In this document: one piece after another, positions 58,908 through 64,000 of the stretch
Layout: the number at the start of each line of letters is the position of its first letter
How positions within the stretch are numbered: the first letter of the stretch is position 1
DNA from: Eledone cirrhosa
Lineage: Eukaryota
NCBI GenBank assembly: GCA_964016885.1
Contig: OZ024765.1
Coordinates: 15,996,001 to 16,060,000, forward strand
DNA length: 64,000 nucleotides
Reading direction: 5' to 3'
Notes under the pieces: generated by a model
Database searches by the model: none
Told to the model about the DNA's origin: nothing
The model's input: the letters and a program-made list of their open reading frames with translations, nothing else
Made by a program: the position numbers and the translations under genes

Positions 58908-59782
58908 TCTCGGAGAAACTCTAGGCGTAGAGGAGGACGAACTGGCCAGTCTGTTCGGTAGGACCTTCCGGCCGGGACCAATGGACAACTTCCAAAAGTC
59001 CCTGGCCTGGCAGTGCCACCGAGGAGCTCTACCAGTTCGAGACAAGCTCTACAGACACGGGCGACCGGGAAGGGTCCCTTCGAAAAAGATCTGTCCGAGA
59101 TGCGTGCCCGACGAGGTAACCGTCGCGCATTTGTACACTGCCCGGGCGTTACCGACCTGTGGGGCTATGTAGAACGACTATTGTCGCGAGTGGGACCAAT
59201 CCAGTTGACCACCGAGTCCATTGTCATGAACAAACCGCCACCTTCCTTCAAAAACGAGGGAGAGGCGGTTTTCCTATGTGTTATGGCTATGGTGAAAGAT
59301 GTTATATGGTGGACGAAGTCAAAAGGGCTGAGGTCAGACACCTTTCTCTCCGGCGAACAACTGATTCGTTTTTTCAAATATCATTTTGGAAGAGGAATCA
59401 GGATTGAGAGAGAGGAACTGTACCCCAGCAAATGATATAAAAGGTGGGTGAATGTGGCAAAGATGGCCCGAGTGGTTGGGCCTTCTCTCTATATCAGCCT
59501 GTAGGTTGAGGGAAGAGAGGAAGGGAGTACTCACTCTTGGTGCTCCTGGAGATGAGGGTTGTACATTTTTTCGGGGCGTATACAACCCCTGTGTAACGCC
59601 TCCCCATATTGGGTATTTGTTATTTGTCATTTTATTAATATTTTTATATATTGTTATTTTATTAATATTTTTATATATTGTTATTTTATTAATATTTAAT
59701 ATTTTTGTTTTCATATACCTGTATGTAAACTCCCCATTTGTATTTGTCCTCTTCTGCTGTGCCCTTGTGGCTAATAAAGAAA
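58908..59782 (+). mobile_element. Second, longer Tx1/L1-clade LINE 3' fragment with a zf-RVT-like motif (frameshifted)
   Basis: FQKSLAWQCHRGALPVRDKLYRHG...CPRC...ExVAH/AFVHCP..LWGYVE. Same 3' end as the first copy. Confidence 0.85.
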
Positions 59783-60286
59783 TGTATCTATCTATCCATC
59801 ATCTCTCTGGTCATATATTTCCCCCCTCCCTCTCTCTATATATATATAAATATATAGGAAAGGGTTCAGGGAGTCGACGGCACAGCTCCGGGCGTTTCAA
59901 AGGCTATATCTCAGCTGTCGGGGTCCTGACACTTTTCCTTTTACCCACTCTAATACCTTAAGTATCGAGTACTCTGGTGCATTATAGTCCATCTGGTTTC
60001 TTACCACACTTTCTTTACTATATATATATATATATGTCCAACTATCTATTTATCTATATCTATCTGTATGTATGAAAACATAAATATGAATATATATATA
60101 TATAGAGAGAGAGAGAGAAAAGAATGGAACGTATATATATATATATATATGTACAGACGCACAGTATTATGTATATATATACATACATGCACACATATAT
60201 ATATGTATGGGTTTAGTGAACATTTATTGTAATGTTCGGTTTGTTTGTAAACAAACAGCCCGAATTACGCCGTACACTGCTCGGCA

Positions 60287-60432
60287 ACCATGCATAGAGT
60301 TACGGCCCTTGCCATTCTGAGTTCAAATCCCGCCTAGGTTAACTTTGCCTTTCATCCTTACGGGGTCGATAAAATAAAGTACCAGTAATGCACTGGGTAA
60401 TTGCTGGCCTTGTGCCAAAAGTAGAAACAGTT
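60287..60432 (+). mobile_element. 5'-truncated SINE copy
   Basis: SINE consensus from GCATAGAGTTACGGCCC to GTAGAAACA. Confidence 0.88.
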
Positions 60433-60515
60433 ATATGTATAAGGAAATATGCATCGTTAATATGCTTAAGGAAAGTATATACTTTCAGACGTTCAATCAT
60501 CTGACAGAAAGGTAT

Positions 60516-60558
60516 ACGATGCTGACAATAGCTAATAAGCTTGAAACTAGTACATCGT
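60516..60558 (+). ncRNA. Type I HHR with G8A (CUGACAA, consistent with CpG decay)
   Basis: ACGAUG-CUGACAA-U-AGCU(AAUA)AGCU-U-GAAA-CUAG-UA-CAUCGU. 6-bp helix I, palindromic ACUAGU. Confidence 0.75.
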
Positions 60559-60856
60559 TCCTGTGTCAGTGTTGAACAAACCGAACATTATAATAAATGT
60601 TCGGTAAACCCATACGTATATATATATATATATATATGTACATGTATGTATATATATACATACTACTGTGCGTGACCCGAATCTTCCTGATCGTAATTTT
60701 TCGGTCGTATGGTTGATTTTAGACATAATCTATGTGTGTTGGTATTTTAACGATAGTTATAGCTCTGATTTATCTGAATTATTGAGCCCTCTGCCACTCA
60801 TGTCGAATTTTGTTTATCGTGAACTCGTGCGCCGATTTTTCGATACTCGATTATTC

Positions 60857-60917
<61 letters not shown>

Positions 60918-60936
60918 TATTAAAATAACAGATTAA

Positions 60937-60987
60937 AGTTTAAGCAAAGAATCCCTGCTTTCACCCTTAACGGGATCTTCTGAAACT
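60937..60987 (-). ncRNA. Type I HHR, variant core CAGAAGA (family A; also 2825-2875 and 42936-42986)
   Basis: Minus strand: AGUUU-CAGAAGA-U-CCC(GUUAA)GGG-U-GAAA-GCAGGG(AUU)CUUUGC-UU-AAACU. Confidence 0.7.
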
Positions 60988-61054
60988 CTTTTGGATTTTA
61001 GTCTTCAAATGTATTATTATTTTGGGTTTTAGTCTTCTTCAAATTTATTATTAT

Positions 61055-61106
<52 letters not shown>

Positions 61107-61210
61107 CCATGGAGTCTTCCTTATAACCCTGAGAATGAGCGGGGGAAGCTCCATAGGAAAGAACTTATTTACATGTGATAAATGAATATATATATATAGA
61201 TACATGTGTA

Positions 61211-61257
<47 letters not shown>

Positions 61258-61317
61258 TTATCTATCTATCTATATATATATATATATATATATATATAAT
61301 GTGTGTGTGTGTGTGTC

Positions 61318-61371
<54 letters not shown>

Positions 61372-61869
61372 TGTGTGTAATATATCTATATCTTTGGACA
61401 TACTCAGGATTATATGATTACTCTCCATACTAACCAGTTTCACTCTGGGTAGCTTATCAAAGTATGTATATCAACATGTGCCGGAGTTAAATATACATTT
61501 TATGTAGTTGCTTGTCACGATAGTTAGAATACAGGCAACGGGTTGTTTCCTTGTTTTCTTTCATGACAGAGAAACAATATTTGAAAATGGACGTAATACA
61601 GGTCAACAATTAAATGACATTTGTCAATAAATATGTCAACAATTAAATGTCATTAGTTAGCCAAATTTTAGCGCGTTTCGTTTTGGGTTTCTTTAAGTTA
61701 TACATCCACTAATTCTTGTGTTATTGTTCAGTTGTTGAATATCTGCTGACATAGAATGGGAACACTCTGAATTAACATATCTAAACTATAATAAAGGAAG
61801 GTCTGCGGGACTGCGTTCGTTTTTTTTTTATATCCCGTTTGTAAAATAAGTTGGATTACTTTGAATAAA

Positions 61870-62260
61870 TAATTGTTTCTACTTTAGGCACAAGGCCAGC
61901 AATTACCCAGTTCATTACTGGTACTTTATTTTATCGACCCTGTAAGGATGAAAGGCAAAGTCAACCTCGGCGGGATTTGAACTCAGATCGTAAAGGGACG
62001 TAACTATGCTGAAAAGCATGGCGTCCGACCCTCTACCGATACTGCCAATCCACCGCACTTTGAATAAATAACTGTTTCTACTATTGGCACAAGGCCAGAA
62101 ATTACCCAGTACATTACTGGTACTTTATTTTATCGACCCCGTAAGGATGAAAGGCAAAGTTAACCTCGGCGGGATTTGAACTCAGAATGGCAAGGGCCGT
62201 AACTCTATGCGTCAAGGGCATGGCGTCCGACCCTCTACCGATACTGCCAATCCACCGCAC
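61870..62260 (-). mobile_element. Two tandem full-length SINE copies
   Basis: SINE consensus. ACTTTGAATAAATAA recurs at ~61858, ~62057 and ~62259 like a target-site duplication. Confidence 0.9.
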
Positions 62261-63024
62261 TTTGAATAAATAATGAATGAATATTACATAATGTATCTAC
62301 TAAATTTCGTGGCTGTTGATTAAATATATTTTGTTTATTTAAAGATTCACATCTTCAAAATTTCTGAAATGTCAACACTTCCGGTTGGTCATCGCTTAAA
62401 TAAACATTCATATATTTCTGTCACTAATTTTCTCCTAATTCAGTTCATATATAATATCGTCTTTTTTAATGTATCATGGATTACGTTACTGATTAAATAA
62501 GACAGTGTAACACAGTCTTCGTTCAATGTCTATGTATTATATATTGTCAATTACGATTTTATTTGATGTATCATATCTGCATGTATATATATACCTGCGT
62601 ATAATATCAATATACACACTACGCATCCTAGCAGAAAACCAGCCGGGAGGTGGTTTTTCTGCTAGTATAGATAATTTTATATATGTCGATTCAGACGAAT
62701 CTCACGGCTATTTCATTGACAGTGCAATATCTTCCGATGTCTGAGTATCAGATTTGATTAGGAGTGGCAACATTTGGAAGAATAGATATGAAGAAAATTA
62801 TATAAAGGCATTCTAGTAAAAGATCACACAGATATGTATATATGATCTACTGAAATAAGAAGCCAAATGCGTATTTTTGTGGGTGTATAAACGATTAGAT
62901 ATTCTGAATCCATCTTACATATACACTCATAATTGTATAACACACACGCACACACACACGCCACGCACCACACACAGGCACTCACACACACATATGTATG
63001 TATATATATATATATGTGTGTGTC

Positions 63025-63775
63025 TGCGGTGTCTGTTCTACTGTACAGGTGTGAGACTTGGACACTGACCAAGAAACTCACTCAGATGGTGGATGGGTGC
63101 TACACGAGAATGCTGAGGATGGCTCTGAACATTAATCAGTATACACTGAGGATGAAAAACTCAGAGCTGTATGGGAGTCTCCAAAAGTCAGCTCAAATGT
63201 AAGATAGAGGAGACTTGAGGTTAGCTGGACATGTTTACCGACATCCAGAGTTGACACTGCACTCAGTGCTCTAGTGGGAACCCCTGCATGGACACACTAG
63301 ATGAGAGAGACCAGCAATGAAATCATATCCGCTCTCCTGCTCTGGAACCCTGACTCCAGCCTGACTAGGAGTAGGAAGCTGTCATTCCCTGACGTTATCT
63401 CTAGGGATACGGAAATCAGTAGACAGGACGTGGGGGCGGCGATGGGGGACAGGGAATTCTGGGGCATGAGAGTGAGATCCATCATCTCGACAGTAGTCGA
63501 CGAATGATGATGATATATAATAGCACAGAGGAGACTGAGCTTAGCTGGACATGCTCACCGACGTTCAGAGTTGACACTGCACTCAGTGCTCTTGTGGGAG
63601 CCCTTACGCGGACACACTAGAAGAGGGAGACCGAGGTTGACATATATTGAGGCCCTAAGGACAGACACTGGTCTCTGTGAGATGCAGGGTATGGCGGCGA
63701 TAATGAGGGACATAGAATGCTGGAGAGAACTCCATCATGGATCGAGGGAATTGTATCCGCTCTAGTTAGATAGAT
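63025..63775 (+). mobile_element. RTE-clade LINE 3' fragment (same family as 15389-15850) containing a nested fragment of a second RTE family (63302-63514)
   Basis: LLYRCETWTLTKKLTQMVDGCYTRMLRMALN... and ...RRGRPRLTYIE. The insert encodes LLLWNP..KLSFPDVISRD..DREFW followed by (TGA)n. Confidence 0.85.
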
Positions 63776-63964
63776 ACATATATTATAAATATAGTTCCTA
63801 GTTTGAATCGTTGTTGTAATGGTAGTACAGTGGTCTGGTTAACTAAAGCTAAGGGTTCTGCTCACATGTACCTCAATACTTATCACTTTCCATTTTTAGA
63901 GGGTTTTAAAACTCACTCACTATCAGAATGAAATTTCTTTAGTCACAAAAACGCCGTAAGATTC

Positions 63965-64000
<36 letters not shown>

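Larger units (their letters stand above)
60157..60673 (+). mobile_element. Inverted-repeat element (arms ~60157-60247 and ~60574-60673) with an HHR and a nested SINE in the spacer
   Basis: GGGTTTAGTGAACATTTATTGTAATGTTCGGTTTGTT versus AACAAACCGAACATTATAATAAATGTTCGGTAAACCC. Confidence 0.75.

Overview
Eukaryotic, very AT-rich, repeat-dominated DNA. It is probably intronic or intergenic sequence from an octopod cephalopod, an inference from the SINE type and microsatellite load. Almost all ORFs in the supplied track are artefacts of simple repeats such as (TA)n, (TG)n, (GGT)n and (GA)n. The one intact protein-coding unit is a young Penelope-like retroelement (PLE) at 47776-52542. It encodes an 879-aa RT + C-terminal GIY-YIG protein, has ~1.04-kb near-identical pseudo-LTRs and an inverted 5' segment, and is inserted in (TA)n. 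The most striking pattern is that many short non-coding islands inside (TA)n tracts carry type I hammerhead ribozyme (HHR) folds. I folded roughly 20 complete or partial motifs by eye, from about 10 dissimilar sequence families. Many are built as inverted repeats whose centre lies at or beside the ribozyme, and several have recurrent non-canonical cores (CCGUUGA, CAGAAGA, CCGAAGA, U.U at the base of helix II). Also present: many copies of a tRNA-derived SINE (often in tandem), RTE-clade and Tx1-clade LINE fragments, a TTAA-flanked MITE, several minisatellites, a (TTAGGG)3 insertion with a flanking duplication, and weak candidates for minus-strand host micro-exons. All folds and alignments are manual; no searches were run.
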